Source: the human T2T-CHM13v2.0 reference genome, Homo sapiens. Taken from it: DNA of 64,000 bases. Below the pieces are notes generated by a model. That model ran no database searches. It was not told where the DNA came from and saw nothing but the letters and a program-made list of their open reading frames with translations. The translations under genes and the position numbers were made by a program. The stretch lies in assembly GCF_009914755.1 (NCBI RefSeq), contig NC_060927.1; one strand, given 5' to 3'. How positions within the stretch are numbered: the stretch's first letter is position 1; each line of letters opens with the position of its first letter. Of this stretch, positions 29,083 to 43,399 are shown in pieces.

Positions 29083-31492
29083 GATAAAATGAGGTATGAC
29101 CATCTGTAGAATTTAATAGTATTAATTGAGTTAAGTACAGTCTCTTCTTTTATCTCCCCCTATACTGAGAACTGACTTGTTGGGGGAGGGGTGTTGAAAC
29201 GGTGATTTTGAAAAATATAATTGACTGTCTACACTTCATGTAAGTTGATAGGTTGGTTAATATTTGGTTTGATGATTTATTTCTCAGAAAATCAAGTACA
29301 TTTAAGAAATCAACACCCAAGCCATTTGTTGTGATTTAGATGTCAAGTAGAAGTCACTTAAAGAAAATCAAGTCTGCCATACAATTTAAAATTCCTGCAA
29401 GGAATACAGAATTCAAATGACACCAGTGAAATATAACTTTATTTTTTCATTATTTTTATTTAAGTATTTCGTTCTTATCTTTTCCTACTTCTAAATAAGA
29501 CATAACCTACAAATGAACATAAAGCATTTCTTCTTGAAGCCATCATTTTATTTCCTAGTGAAAATAAACACTTAAAACAATTAAATTGCAATATTCCCTT
29601 AATTGGCAACACATTTGACATTTAAAAAATGTTTTCCCATAAATTCATTTAACATTTGCCTGGCTTAAAAAAAATCATCTCCTTTTTGTATTTTAACTTT
29701 GATGTCAAGTTCCATCCATACCAAACAAGAGGCATAACTGCTTCTACGTGCATTATAATCTAGCGACTTTCTGATTGGTAGTAAAGTAAGGAAATATTAC
29801 ATATGACATAAAGAATGGTCTTTTGGCATGTGAGCACTTGTAAAATAGCAAATATATTAGGTTTCTATTATGTTAGGTCACGAATATGAATGGGGCAGAG
29901 GGGGCTTTAAGTTCACTAATGCATGGTCCACCTCAGAAGAAAGATTATCTGGTTTTCTTTTTGGATGTGCTTCTCTTTGTCCATGATTACAGCCTATTTC
30001 TTCATGAAATTAAAAGATGCTAGCTTGTTTATTATCAGAAAACAAGTTAATTATTTGTACTGTTTGTGTATATCTATAGAGGCTAAGTACACACAATTAC
30101 GACAACTCAATTTTTCCTTTAGCTCTCTTCTAGTGCCTTTATGAAGTCAATGAAAGCACATCCTACCTATCCAAGGTTCTAAGGACTTTTCTGCTGGAGC
30201 TATTTGTTCCATACTAGCTATTTACACTAACTGCCTAATTAACCAGCAGAAACTCTGATTCATTCCTCTGGCCAAATAAGGCAATTTCCTTCCCTCCTTC
30301 TCATCTGGTACAGGTGAAATGTCCCATAGCTTTAGATCTGACATTGTCATTGCAATGATACTCTTTCCCTTCCTCTCTTTCCAAGTGCTAAAACCTGGGA
30401 ACATCTTTTTCATAATAGCTAATGAAGATTTCACAGGAAACAAGTCTCTTTTTAGATCTAAAGTCTTATAACAACTTCTTAATGTGAAATCACTGAGATG
30501 CTTTATTTTCAACTCAACTATTGCAACCCCATTCTCCTTTGAGCTGAGAATGTTCTAAGAATCTTGATTATGGATGATGAATTAAAAATTATGGAGTTTA
30601 TCTCAGAGACCAGGAAACATCACCTTCATCCATAATTACTCTAATATTTGAGCCAGTATTTAAAGACAGGCAATTGGCAGTTGGCACAAGGTGGAAATTA
30701 TTTTGGCAACTCGAGGGTTAAATATTAATTGACCTATTAGTTCTCAGTATTCATTTATTTAATCTCAGTTACACACCATGACAAGCAGATGAGTCTGATG
30801 GCAATGTCTTCACCAGCTTTCAGAATTGTCCTTCCTGTGAACTTAGCTGCTCCTGAGCTGATAGGATCAGCAAACTTCCTGAAGCCTACCGGGAGACTGG
30901 TGATGTTCAAAGAGTGGTTCAGGAAAACAAGAAAAGCAAATGTTCTTAATCTTTGAGGCAGAAGGAAGGGTAGGGAGAAATTTTAAAATACAGCAAGGAA
31001 TTATTTCCCTGTCGATTGTATTTTGACAGGAAAGCAGAATGTATTCTTACATTGTTTTTCTCTTTAAAGATTTATTTAAGGAAAACCCATGTTCAAAATT
31101 GGGCTGATCAAAAGAGGGAAGATATTGATCTTGTGAGTGGCAAATGCCGAAACATCATCTGAGGAATTATAAATTAATCGGTTACGTATCAAATTAATCT
31201 AGCATTTAAATTTAGACTCAGTATGGCCAATTATTTAGCTATAGTTATAACAGATACTCTTAATGTTATTGTTAGTGTTTGAAAGTGTGTAATAGTGATA
31301 GAAGAGATCTACTACTTTCATTCAGGTGGTCTCCAGGAACAACATTAATTTGGAAAGTGATGTGTAAATGCCACATGTTTACTTATAAAATCTCTGTTCA
31401 TTTGTATTCTATTCAGTGCAGGTTACATGGTTTGGATCTTTTTGTTAGTGACATCTTGACTCTGGGTTGAGATTATTTGAGAGATAACTTAC

Positions 31493-31536
31493 CAGCCTAT
31501 AGCAGGTATTATTGGGTTTACTTTGTCCTTATCAGA
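31493..31536 (-). other. Candidate 44-nt spliced exon
   Basis: Minus strand reads tttattttatttctcctaag|TCTGATAAG...ATAGGCTG|gtaagt, with a good pyrimidine tract and a consensus donor. One frame is open (SDKDKVNPIIPAIG). Confidence 0.35.
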
Positions 31537-32684
31537 CTTAGGAGAAATAAAATAAACTTCCTTCTATAGTTACTGGTGCAAAGATTGATCTATAGTCACT
31601 AATCATCTTCATGTGATGAATTCTTAGGGCAAAAACAGAAACGTTTACTCACAGTTTGCTTGATACCAGAGCTGAAGTAACTTGATTATTCTTTTCTGGT
31701 TTAAAACATGTTTTAAATGACCAAATGAAAGAAAAAAGCAATTAGTAGTACTTTTTTTTTGCATTACACAATACTAGATGAGTAATACGTTAAGACTTTT
31801 GTACAAATATGTCTAGAAGGACACTCATTTGTAATAATTAGTTAATAGAACATTCAGCAACAAAATGTTCTGTTGGGAGACACACTTTAATTTTTTCCAA
31901 ATCTCATGTTCATAATTGTCCCCCACTGTTACCAAATAAATTATATTGTTAGAGCAATACACTAAAAAACACAACACATCTTTGTTACGGAAAACATTTA
32001 ACAGTCAAGTTGAATTTCATAAAATATTTTATGACTAAAGTTGAGGGAAAAGGCACAAAGAAACAACACAAATGAAATTTAAATTTAATGAATATTCTGT
32101 TGTTGCCTGCCAGAGGGAATAAATATTTTCATATTCATTTTCTCTTTTAAGTATACCTGGTAACTGTGTAACTTTCCCCTCCTCACTTCTATTTGGTTCT
32201 CTTATTCATTAAGCTTTACTTAGGTAGAGGACCACACAAACATACCAGCATTTTGCTAAGTTGCACACAGCCACGTTAGAGGGAAATAGTAATTGATCTG
32301 TAGCTCCTAGATATCTGGCTGTTGATCTCAGTCATACACAGAGATTCTCAGTCATACCCAGGAAACAAAAGGTCCAGAACAGTAGGGCTTTCTTTTGAAA
32401 GTAGCTGTATGCTGGCTATTAAATGTTGAGGCTGGTTCTATGCAAGGAAATAGTTGTATTTGCTCCTCCAAGGAAACCCCTTGTATTTGTCGCATTCCTA
32501 CACTGAGAAAAGCATTCTGGTGCTTTCTGAGATAATCATATGCTTCTCAGGGTTTTGTTATGATTTTTCTATTAAGGCCAACTACGCGTAATATTGGTGG
32601 GCATGGCTTAGATCTGATCAAAGTTGTGGTAATACACAATAATGTCTAAACCCTTTTTGATACCCTGCTGTAAAAATGGGGATG

Positions 32685-32850
32685 AGAAATACCATTTACT
32701 GAAGACCTGCTCTGTGACAGGCACTGCATATATTGCAGATACTGCAAATATATTACATAAACTATCACACCACAACAACCTCATGAGCTAGATACCATTA
32801 TTTTCCTTCCCATTATGCAGATAAAGAAACTGAGACTCAGATGTATTAAC
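32685..32850 (-). mobile_element. MIR SINE relic
   Basis: CCATTTACTGAAGACCTGCTCTGTGACAGGCACTG...ATGCAGATAAAGAAACTGAGACTCAGA. Confidence 0.75.
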
Positions 32851-34162
32851 TTTCCAAAATTGTTTGAATTGAGACCTTACACAACTCTGATTAACTTGCC
32901 AACCGATACCTAAAAATAAAAGCCTCAGTTGGGTGGAAAAGCTCTGAAAAGCATTTTCGTTCAAGACAGTTCAACAAACTACTGTAACTGGAAAATTTTT
33001 CAGTTTGAATAAGTCACTTGTTTAAAACATGGGATGATTCCTGACCTTGCTTAAAGTGCTGATAGAGTGGCCAGCCTGTGTTTTCGGCTGCTGCACCAGG
33101 TAAATGGAAGTCCACTCACCACTCACTGTGTGTGACAGTCTATTTTTTTCCCACCGTGGAGTTTTTATGTTGATGCTTCTCTAAAACTCTTTTTTCAGAG
33201 TGTGAGCAGGATAAAAATATAAAAATACAAGGATACAATAGTGTTTTAAGAAACACCCTATTTGTTGTTCAATGTTCAAAGTTTTTTCATGGCCAGCAAA
33301 TACAGCATGTTTTGTTAAGTCTTCCAGAAACATCCAAGTCCTGGATTACTTGTATATGAAGATTGGTTATATACAAGCATATACTTATTTGATTCACCAA
33401 TAAGACCAAATAATTTGATTCCCACATAGACAAAATTCTCCTAAAATGCAATTCAGGATAATCATTCCTTCTCAGACTTTATTTTTTCCCTCCTGTTAAA
33501 ACCAAAATGCAAACAGGACTGGGGGAAAATTCTCTAGTCCAAATAGACACGCAACATGCAAACTGCTGTTGCAGTTTTGCAGACTGCTGTTAAAAATGGC
33601 ACCATACATAGGTATACTTAAAGTAAAATTTAAAAAAGTTCATGGAAAACAAAACTAGAACAAACATTTTCATAGCACACTAAAAATAAATAAATAAATA
33701 TATATATAAATAAATAAAAGGCACCATTAAAAAATCACAGCTCCTAGAGGCAGATAAAACCTCAGACTGGGTTTAGTCAAGCAGGATACCGAGAAAATTT
33801 TTTCAAGGTTTTGGTAATTTTACTTCCTTTTTGTCTGCCTACAAGACTTCCTTCTACCTCAATGAGTGTTTATTATTATTACTATTATCATTTAACATAA
33901 CTGACACAATTAGTCTTTTGAAAGAACAATAATGAGATGGACAAGTGGGTCTCTGGCTTTTGGAGAGGGTTATTAATAAGTCATTTGACACTAATAGACT
34001 GGAAAAATAATTTGTGGCCCATGTAAGTGATAAAATATCCTTAATTTGAAGACATTGCTTATAGCAAATGTTTAGGAGTTGAGAACCCACAGGACTGTTC
34101 AATAATGATATTGAGTCTAAATGCAATTGTAATAAGTAATCTGTTGTTATAATGATACCAGT

Positions 34163-34380
34163 TCCCATTTATTGAGGGCTTACTATGCACAAAGCACTGT
34201 TCTAAGCACTGGCATGCATTATCTCATTATACTTCACAACAGTCTCTATGAGAGAGTACTATTATTGACCCCACTCTACAGATGGTGAAAACAAGGCTTA
34301 GAGAGATCATCACTTGCTCAGTGCTACAGAGTCAGTTGTTAAGCTGAGATTTAAACCCAGATCTCTTTTACCCCAAAACC
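34163..34380 (-). mobile_element. MIR SINE
   Basis: CATTTATTGAGGGCTTACTATGC...TACAGATGGTGAAAACAAGGCTTAGAGAG...GAGATTTAAACCCAG. Confidence 0.85.
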
Positions 34381-34662
34381 TGTTGGACTAATCTACAACA
34401 CAACTTTGCCTTCTGTACTCTGAATCCTAAAATAGTCAAGCTGAAAGCAACCTCTGAGACTGCAGTCCAGCCTCTTTCTTGTACATATGAGAAAATTGAA
34501 GTTTTAAAAAGGAACTATGTCTTTCTCATCACCCTAATAACAAATTGGTGACTGAGCAGGCCTAGAACTCAGGTCTCTTGCCTTCAATTCCAGATAGAAT
34601 GCCATTCTATCATTTAACAAAATTTGCATGACCCAGGAGACTAGAAGACTAGCTCTGCAGTT

Positions 34663-34664
<2 letters not shown>

Positions 34665-34718
<54 letters not shown>
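34665..34718. repeat. (AC)27 microsatellite
   Basis: Read directly; uninterrupted. Confidence 0.97.
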
Positions 34719-34719
<1 letters not shown>

Positions 34720-34939
34720 AGATAAAATACCAAAGAGCTAAATTCAGGTTGCTTCTGTGTTTTCTAACTTGCAGCTGCTTCATTGCAGGATCATACAACA
34801 CATGATGCGACAGGGACTTAAAGCCACACATAAAACATATTAAATGTAGTCAGCAGTGATGAGATTTGGTACCAAATAAGAAGCTTTAATTAATTTTAAA
34901 TGGTGCTTTTCATAGTGTCAAAAGCTCAGTCCACTGAAG

Positions 34940-35480
34940 TGGAAAAGGGGGTTGGAATGGCCAGATCCTAGCAACCCAGCTAATCTGGGCCCTTCTGAGC
35001 AAGCTCATTTGGAATTCTTACATCAGTGCATCGGCACGCCGAGGTGGGGCTCATGGGGACAAACAAAATAGCAACCCCAACTCCGGCACTGCTCAGAATC
35101 CCGCATCCCGGGGAGGCCTGAGAGTTCAGCTGTATTAAGGGGCCGTTGGAGTTTCCCTGTTATTTGTCTACTTTTTGAGGATTAGAACTTCCGCTGGGCT
35201 GTGTTCATCTGTGCTGAGAATTTAAACTCGGTGCATGCAACAACAGGAACAGCGAGATCTGCTAGAAACGTTCAAAAAGAAGTCTGTTGTGACTTTTAAA
35301 AGCTGTTAGATGCACAAAGAGCAATAAATTGAAGGGTTTCTGATTTCTTCGGGGAGTGTATATTGGGCAGTGATTTCTTTTTCTATTTCCTTCCCCCCAC
35401 ATCATGAGCCTTTGTTTCAAGGCTGCGACCGTACAGATATTCACCATGTAGACCTATTTGAGTAGCATCGTTTTAGAAAG
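34940..35480. promoter_or_regulatory. CpG-retaining unique patch, candidate regulatory element
   Basis: About 11 CpGs in ~35030-35270 against a CpG-poor background, and two TAGCAAC RFX half-sites. Confidence 0.35.
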
Positions 35481-38369
35481 GCTGGTACACCCACACACAC
35501 CCCCACACACAGGTGACCAGGAACCTTCTTTTTCTCTCCATGACATAGAAATAGAAACTATCGTTATGGTCCTTCCTCCTAGAGGCCGCAGAACCATGTA
35601 GTAAGAAGCAAACAGTAAGGACCAGTTGAGATTTTCTGTGACCCAATTCCCTGGCTTTACAGGTGAGGAAACTGAGGCTCAATGTGCCATGACAAGAATG
35701 AGGACACGACTGCAGATTTCTCTATTTTCCTGTTCCTTTCATTATTACTCAGCTCATCATTTATAGGTATTGTTTATAAGAACAGCATATAAATAAGAGC
35801 CAGGTACCAGTTGGGAATGTGACATACTTACTGTTTTCAATGTAGGGACTATGTTATGCATACATATTGATGACAATAATGATAAAAATTGTGACTAGTT
35901 CTTAACAAGTGAAGCATTCATTTGGGTCAACAATCGTGGATCAAAAATATTTTATTTCTGCCTATTACTTTATCTTACATAAATGCACGGCTTGTCATGT
36001 GAACGTAACTAACACAAAATAATTATAAGTTTCTGAGGATCATCCATTTATTGACAAGAGTTATAAGCTTTTTTCTTTTTCCCCAAACTCAGACGTGACT
36101 CTGTTTTGTCCTCTACAGAAAGAAACAGTAAAACATCACCCATTCCTCACCCATGCTTTCTGTCCCTGTTGTATGAACAGGGGTCTAGAATCAAGACCAT
36201 CCTGCAGCCTAGGTGATTTGCTATTAGTGGTAGGAATGTGCACAAAACAGTTTAGGCCAGCATCCAAAAGCACATATCTGTTCAGTGATCTAGTTCCTGA
36301 AAAGGAACTAGAAATGATCAGGTTTCCATCACAGGATTTTTAGAAACTTGATATTGGCAAGATTGGAAATATTTTAAGGAGATTCTTTTTAAGGTGTTCC
36401 TGTTTTTTCTACATTTCTAGCCTATATCAAATTAGAGTGAGAAAGAAAAGGAAAGAGCTAAGAGAATAACAATTGTACTTTGCATTACATTGAGGAACAC
36501 TGATTTTCTAGCATTAATTTTTAATATTTACTAATGAAAAGTCACAGAAACTCAGGTAAACTCTTTATTGATGGTTTTAAACATTTTTTTTCTTAGTATA
36601 CTTGAGATACCCTTCACAGTTGTTTAAGTCATTTCATTAACTCTGTATTGAGTATCCCAATAGGTTTTTCCCCTGCAAACAATTGAATTTTCTTTTCTAC
36701 CTGTCCCTTTGCCTCCTTAAACACAATCCAAATATGGGATGCTGGTATTAGTATGGTTATTACTGGACTTTTGAAAGCATCTTTTTGGTCTTATCTACCA
36801 ATCATTCCACTCAGAAGAAAAAAGTTAAATTGAATGGAGCCTGCTTATCTTGTTAATAATAGTAGCTCTCATCATAGAAATATTTTATACAGTACTTATT
36901 CAATATCTTCTGAGAGATGTGTGTATGTGTATAATAATATTTTTAAAAATAAGAAAGTTCTTGGCATATATGAAGTATAAAACTACCAAATATTAAAATA
37001 ACTGAATCAATAGAATTTATAAATAGATATCTGTTTTGCCCATCTATACCACTAAAATGCAAATAATATATTAGTTAAAACTTAGAATGGAAAGAAAAAT
37101 GAAATTTAAATGCTAATCTGAAAACATTCTTTGTTTGCATGTAGGGATGTGCAGTATGAAACTGACTCTCTCAGCTCAGCCACTTAATAACTAAGCAAGG
37201 ATTAAGGTAGCAGGTAATAGATCTTGTAAGTACAGAAAATGGAGGGAGTTGTGGGAGTGAGTGTGGGGAGAAATCCAAAAACGGTTTTGGAAAAGCAGTA
37301 ACTTTGTACACACTTTGATCATTGCTGAGAAAAGGGTAAAGAACTTTTGTTAGCCTTAGATAAGTTCAACAACAAGAGAGTAAAGGTTAAGAATCCTACT
37401 TTCAGTTCTAGTGTGGAATTAGAAGTCCATTTGCCCATCAATACACAGGGGATTTGCACATGAGAATGAATGGGAGTTACATGATCAAATCCTTCAGAGA
37501 TCTGTGAGAAAATAAACTCTAGCAAGAATATTTGAACTATCTTTTATAATAGATGAATCGTCATAATAGACATGCTTATAGGAATTTTAATATTTCAAGA
37601 ATAATGTATAAGTACGTCTAAATAGATGTGTATTTATATACCTCTATAAAATATACGTATATATTTGAAATCTGCATGTATCTATGTGATTATGCACTAA
37701 TTCTAGTCAGTAAAACAGCTCATTAAGTGCTCCTAGTAGTTTGTGTGTGTGTGTGTGCTGTTTTGAGGACATGATTACAGCATATACGATTTAATTTAAA
37801 CAATTGAGATAATACTATGGAAAAACTCAAATGCACTTCATATGAATTTTTCTTTTACTTTCTTTTTTTTCCCTGTTTTTTTAGTAGGCTCAACCATGAA
37901 ACACACAAAAATATGTTCATTACATTTTTTCTCAGAGGAGGCTTTTCAACAATAGATAAAGCATCTCTATTTTTCTTTAAAAAGACCAAAAGAAGCAAAT
38001 TTTCCATTTTCCTTTACAAGCAACACTGGATTTTCACATGCAGATTTTAGCATAAAACATCTTCTCACTGTGGGAAAAGTGGTGCATTCTTGTACAAATT
38101 AAGATAGATAATTCTTATACTAACACGCGTATTATAATATTAAAACATATACGGAGGTGGATGGAAGGCTAGTGTTTATTAGACTATTTCAGCTCTTCAT
38201 AATCTGTTTGCTTACTCCTATAGCAACTTGTTGATAATAGGAAGTCTTTTGTGAGAAACGGCATGAAAAACAATAAAAAGCATCAGATTTAATAAAGTAT
38301 CTAAGGAAAGTCTTAAAATGACACCCACACTATGAAGGGAAAGCCAAATTTGCTTTTTCTGAGGGGAAT

Positions 38370-38960
38370 TTGTGTTCGTCAGGAAGGGTTCCTGGAGGCT
38401 TTGTTTTGAGGCCTTGATGTGTGACCAGTGCGCTACGGGCCGCCCTTCACCCTTGCCCTTCTTCTACCACGGCTCTGCCCACCCATACTGACACCGCAGG
38501 GGGAAGGGTTTCAGAGCAGAAAGAATCAAAAGCTGAGGGACGGGGGAAAAAAAGTGCTTTTCAGGGTCTGATGTGTGGGAATCAAATGAGAGGCCTAGCT
38601 CAAATCCGGTCGCCAGGCAACCAAAGTGATATGCTGAGGGAATATCATTAAAGTTGGAAAGTAAGCAGTCTCTCTGAATTAGTAAACCAACCACAGGATC
38701 GACGATACACCGAACTCTCTCAGTGCTGGAGCGCAATTTCTCCAAGGAGGACAAGCGGGGGGCTTTGCTAAGTGTAAGGGGGAAAGGAGAGGGAGAGGGA
38801 GTGAGAGAACGCAGCTGATTTGTAGAGTTTTTTCATAAAAAAAAGACAATGGCTGTCCAGACATGGAGTTGGTGGTGAAATATGGTAACTGCCACGGCTG
38901 CAGCTGGCTCTCTGACACAAGATTAATAAGTTGCCGTTTCCTAGCCGACCAGAACCTAGT
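38370..38960. promoter_or_regulatory. CpG-retaining unique element with RFX X-box, candidate enhancer or promoter
   Basis: About 19 CpGs in ~580 bp; GTCGCCAGGCAAC at 38609-38621; lies in a long repeat-poor block. Confidence 0.45.
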
Positions 38961-39243
38961 GGGAACTATCCAGCATTTTATCTTGAATTGTGGGTAACAG
39001 CCTTACTGCAAGCTGGCCTAGTTTACTGCTCTGTTTTTTCCACATCTCCCAAAGTGCAGCAAACATCTGTGACTCTAATGAGGTCATCATTGAGGGTGTC
39101 CAGCGAGCTGGGCCCTGAGAACTGACCTCACCTCTGCCTGAACATAAAGTACAAGTGCTGTGGGGAAGCAGGACAAATTAAATGGGGGAGCTGGCACTTG
39201 GCTGTGAGTTAAGCTCTTAAGAAACTTTTTGCTGTGATTAAAA

Positions 39244-39279
39244 AAGAGAGGGAGAGAGAGGGAGAGAGAGAGAGAGAGA
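39244..39279. repeat. (GA)n imperfect microsatellite
   Basis: Read directly from the sequence. Confidence 0.9.
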
Positions 39280-40251
39280 TTGAGGTTCAGAAATGACAGT
39301 ACAACAAAGCAGTAGCAAGCCTACAGAATTACATTTAGGCCTCACTGATGAATATTATCACTGACATGAACAAGCAAAGCTTATCTAGGCCTTCCTTCTT
39401 GAAAGGCTGAATAAAATTGAATTGCCAACTTCTGCATTTTACCACATTTTGGTGGAAATGTCTCAGAGACCTACATGATTTAAAAGGAAACCTGGGAGAA
39501 TTCAACCACAAAGTGTATATATGTGTTTCTGACAGCAAAATTTCAAGCATTATAAACCATGTCATATCATTTATAAGTAATTTGATTACAGACACAGAAA
39601 ACAAATCAAACTTCTCCAGATAGGTCTTTCTTTTCCCTGCAGTTATTCCAACAGAGGCATGGTTTTTATAAATAACATGACCAGGCAAACATGCAAACAC
39701 AACCCAAAACTGCATTCAAACCAGTGAACTATAATAATTTTGTTTAGTCATCAGAGGAAAGAACATTGAAGACGTGACTGTACCCACTGATTTCTTAAAA
39801 CAGTCCATTTCAATGGAGTGAGAAATGTAAGCTTTCAAAAGGAAGAAAAATGTTTTAAGTTTGGAAGAAAAAAAGCATATTTCTGAAAGTTTTCTCTATC
39901 ATTTAATATGTAAGTGTATCAGCCACATGTTGAACATGTATTGTTCATTTTAGCTACATCTGCTCTCAGTGAGAACAGTCATTCTTGATTCCTAAAAAAA
40001 AAAAATGGCTATGTGGATAAAGTCCAGAAGGAGAAAAAAAGATGGAGGTCATCTTCAAAACTCATCTAGAAACCTTCATTCATATGTATTAACTCACTAT
40101 GTATGCAGATGTATTTTTCCCTGGGAGCAAATCCATGAAGCCCAGAATGACATGTCACAGTACTTTTACAAAGAGTTTGATTTTTAAAAAGTAGGCATAT
40201 GACGAGATTAAATCTGGCAAGTTTTTATCTTATTATTCTCATATTATTATC

Positions 40252-40488
40252 AGGCTCACTGCAGCCTTGACCTCCCTGGCTCAAGAAATCCTTCTACCTC
40301 AGCCTACTGAATAGCTGGGACTATTGGCATGCACCACTACCCCTGGCTAATTTTTTAAAAAATCGTTTTGTAGAGACAGAGTCTCACTATGTTGCCCAGG
40401 CTGTTCTCAAAGTCCTGGGCTCAAGTGGTCCACCTGCCTTGGCTTCCTAAAGTGTTGGGATTACAGGCATGAGCCACTACACCCAGCC
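40252..40488 (-). mobile_element. AluJ lacking its 3' end
   Basis: GCTCACTGCAGCCTTGACCTCC...GTCTCACTATGTTGCCCAGGCTG...CACCCAGCC, with J-type diagnostics. Confidence 0.88.
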
Positions 40489-41454
40489 TCAGTATTATTA
40501 GACCAGATCTGATGCAAGAGATACAGAGGACTTGCAATAGAAATGTAATCACTTTCTCAAAAGCTAGAAAATGTTATACAAAACTTTTGTTTGACTAAAT
40601 ATGTAGTATAGGTGGCTGGAGACTGAGAGGGCAAGAGCAGATAGGCTAGATAACAGAAAGTGTTAGCTATTTCTGTTTGATATGAGCCTTTCCACTGTGA
40701 TATCAAGAGGGAAATCAAGGAGCTGTCCTAAACTTAATTTAGAAATAATGGATATTATGGATTAGGAATGATTTTGAACATGTGCTTTAATGTAGGACAT
40801 TCAGGATGGAGGGTTTAAACAGTAATGCTAGAGAAAAGTTCTAGTGTTACCTGCAAGTCCCTCAATTTGGACAGCAGAAATCTATCCCATTACACTCTTT
40901 CTCAGTTTTCAGGAAGGGCCTGCCTAATGCCCATTTCAAGGCTGAGTTTATTTTTTAAATGCAAATGAAGGAAGTGTTGCGTTCAGCTTTGCAAACAGTT
41001 TTCAGAAATCCTGTTGGCCTACATTTAGCTGGGAAGCAGCACCCAGTACCAAGTGTAGGGGCTCGAACAATCAAGTAGTTGTTTGCCTCACTCACATTCC
41101 TGAGGCAATCTGGTTCCAGCTGAACTCCTTGGGAACAGTCTGGGCTATGTACCCCTGGGGCATCTGCCCCAATTAGCATTGACCCTTGTGGGCCTCCTTG
41201 CTGGCTCTAGGTTGCTCCCAACCTCTTGAACTCTGGGTAAACCAGATTGCTTTAAGAGCCTCCAAAGCTTTCCACAGCCCCAAGATGAACTGGACATCCA
41301 GGCTCACCAACAGAAATTCAGTCACCCTGTAGCGCCCAAATCAACATGGCCTCCTCCAGGTTCTCTGAGCCAGAGGAGAGACCCATGTGTTGGGATTATT
41401 GCTATGACTAAGAAACAAGAGGAAAGAAGGCTCAAAGAGTGCTTTGCCAGGCTA

Positions 41455-41715
41455 AACTCAGTAGTATGTGGAAAGAGTACACAGGTCTAAAGCCTCACAG
41501 AACTAGGTTGGACTCTTGGACCTTCTCTAACTAGCTGGGTGACCTTGGCAAGTCACCAAACCCTATCAAGCTTCAATTTCCTCATGTGTAAAATGGGGAC
41601 AAAGATGTCTCTCCTGCAGTATTTTTGCGAAAATTAAATGGTTTAATGCATGTAAACATGTTCAGTAAAATGTCTGGCTTATAGTTGGCCCTCAGGAAAT
41701 GGGAGTTAATTACAA
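41455..41715 (+). mobile_element. MIR SINE
   Basis: CTAGCTGGGTGACCTTGGCAAGTCAC...TTTCCTCATGTGTAAAATGGGGA. Confidence 0.85.
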
Positions 41716-43399
41716 AAAATAAAAAATAAAACCCATCATGTTTAACCAGGGCAATACCACTCCTGAGAAAATCCAGGCCCACACGATTCTTGAATTCCCT
41801 CTTTTTTGTTGTGGTTCATGATCCGTTTGTTACTACCTCTTCCTTTCTCAGAAAACAAATAACCCACAACTAATTTTTGTACCTCTCTCGTCCAGCACTT
41901 CCAGGAACTGTGGGGTTGACAGAAGGGATATGCAACAGGTTCTGCATCCTTGAGGATCTCACTGCAAGAACAGCACAGAAAGAGCATGACCCAACTCAAG
42001 AGGAGTCTAGACATCGAGTTGCACAAGACTGAGTGTGCACAATGGGATTGGAGAGAAGTAACGGCATGGGCTGCCATGATCAGGGAAAGCTGCACAGAAG
42101 TGTTGGGTTTGGTGAGTGTCTCACAGTGAGTGACTGCTATGAATCAGATACTGAGGCAGAGCTAAATAAGGTGCAGCCTTTGCTCTAAGGAGCTTAGAAC
42201 CAGTAAAGAAAGACGTATTAACATGCAATGTTTAAATGGTGCAGTGAGGGAGTGCTAGGAATGGTTTTCGGGAATATTGTAAGAACATGGAAGGAAAAGG
42301 GCTTAAGTTGGCTTTGCAGGATGAATTGGGTCTAAGTTAGCCCTAGGTAGGTGGATCAGCACGAACAAAGGTATAACAGTGGGGAAACAAGCCAGGTACC
42401 CCTGTGTGTGCATGTGTGTCTGTGTGTCAGGATGGGATGGGGGCTGGGGAGGATAGGGAGAGAGGAGAAGAGGATATATAAGTGGAAGAAAAAAATAGGT
42501 CGGAAATTAGATACAAGATTTAAAGGGGAACCTATTCCAAATAGTTATCTTTCTTTTTACTGATGTGGCAGATGATCCCACTATGATGATCCATGGTTGG
42601 TAGGTTATAAAGGCTAGAGATTTTAGAGTATGGCTTTAGTGGGTGAGCTATGCAGTTTATTCACATTTCAATATACTCCTATTTCCCAAAGAAATTTCAC
42701 AAGCTGGTGGGATCAACCAGAGTGGGGCTGGAACCAGGAGTGATTTTTGTGAGTTGGTTTTCTGATCAAGGCTTTCTCTTAGAAACTAGCCAGGAAAGCA
42801 GAAATCTGGGCCCAAGTTTCTGCAGCAGAATCCATTGTCCAGGCACTGGGTGTGGGGTGGGAGTAAAAGGACTATGAGGATTGGGACACAGACAGCACTT
42901 TTGGAATTGGCTGGGAGAAAGGAACTAGCACTAGACACTGCTTTGAGACTCTCTGAAGACCCCTAAATCCCAATCCAATACCCAGCAAGTCCTCTACTTC
43001 TTTGGCTTGAGTCATCTCTTGTATTGGCTGATCCCTGCTGGTATGGCTGTCTGCCCTGCATGCCGGGGCCAGAACAGGAAAGGGGTTGAGGTTCTGGGTC
43101 CTTCTTGACAAGGTCATCCAAGGCTCTATCTTATGGAATTATCCATGTGTATTTATAATAATCTGTGAGCTCTAGTAGTTCAGAAGGTCTTCAGTGCTCT
43201 AACAAATGCTCCTTTGAAGAGAAAAAAAAAGTATGAGCCATCATGAGCTTCTTCCCTTAGTGACAAGAGACCTGGGGACATCTGCTTCTTCCACCACTGG
43301 GACTGAACATTACCGAACAGTAGTTCTGCTGTGTGAGTATTTAAGTGTCACCGGGAAGAGTAAGCTATTGAAATACAACCACTCCGCTCATTTGGAGTT

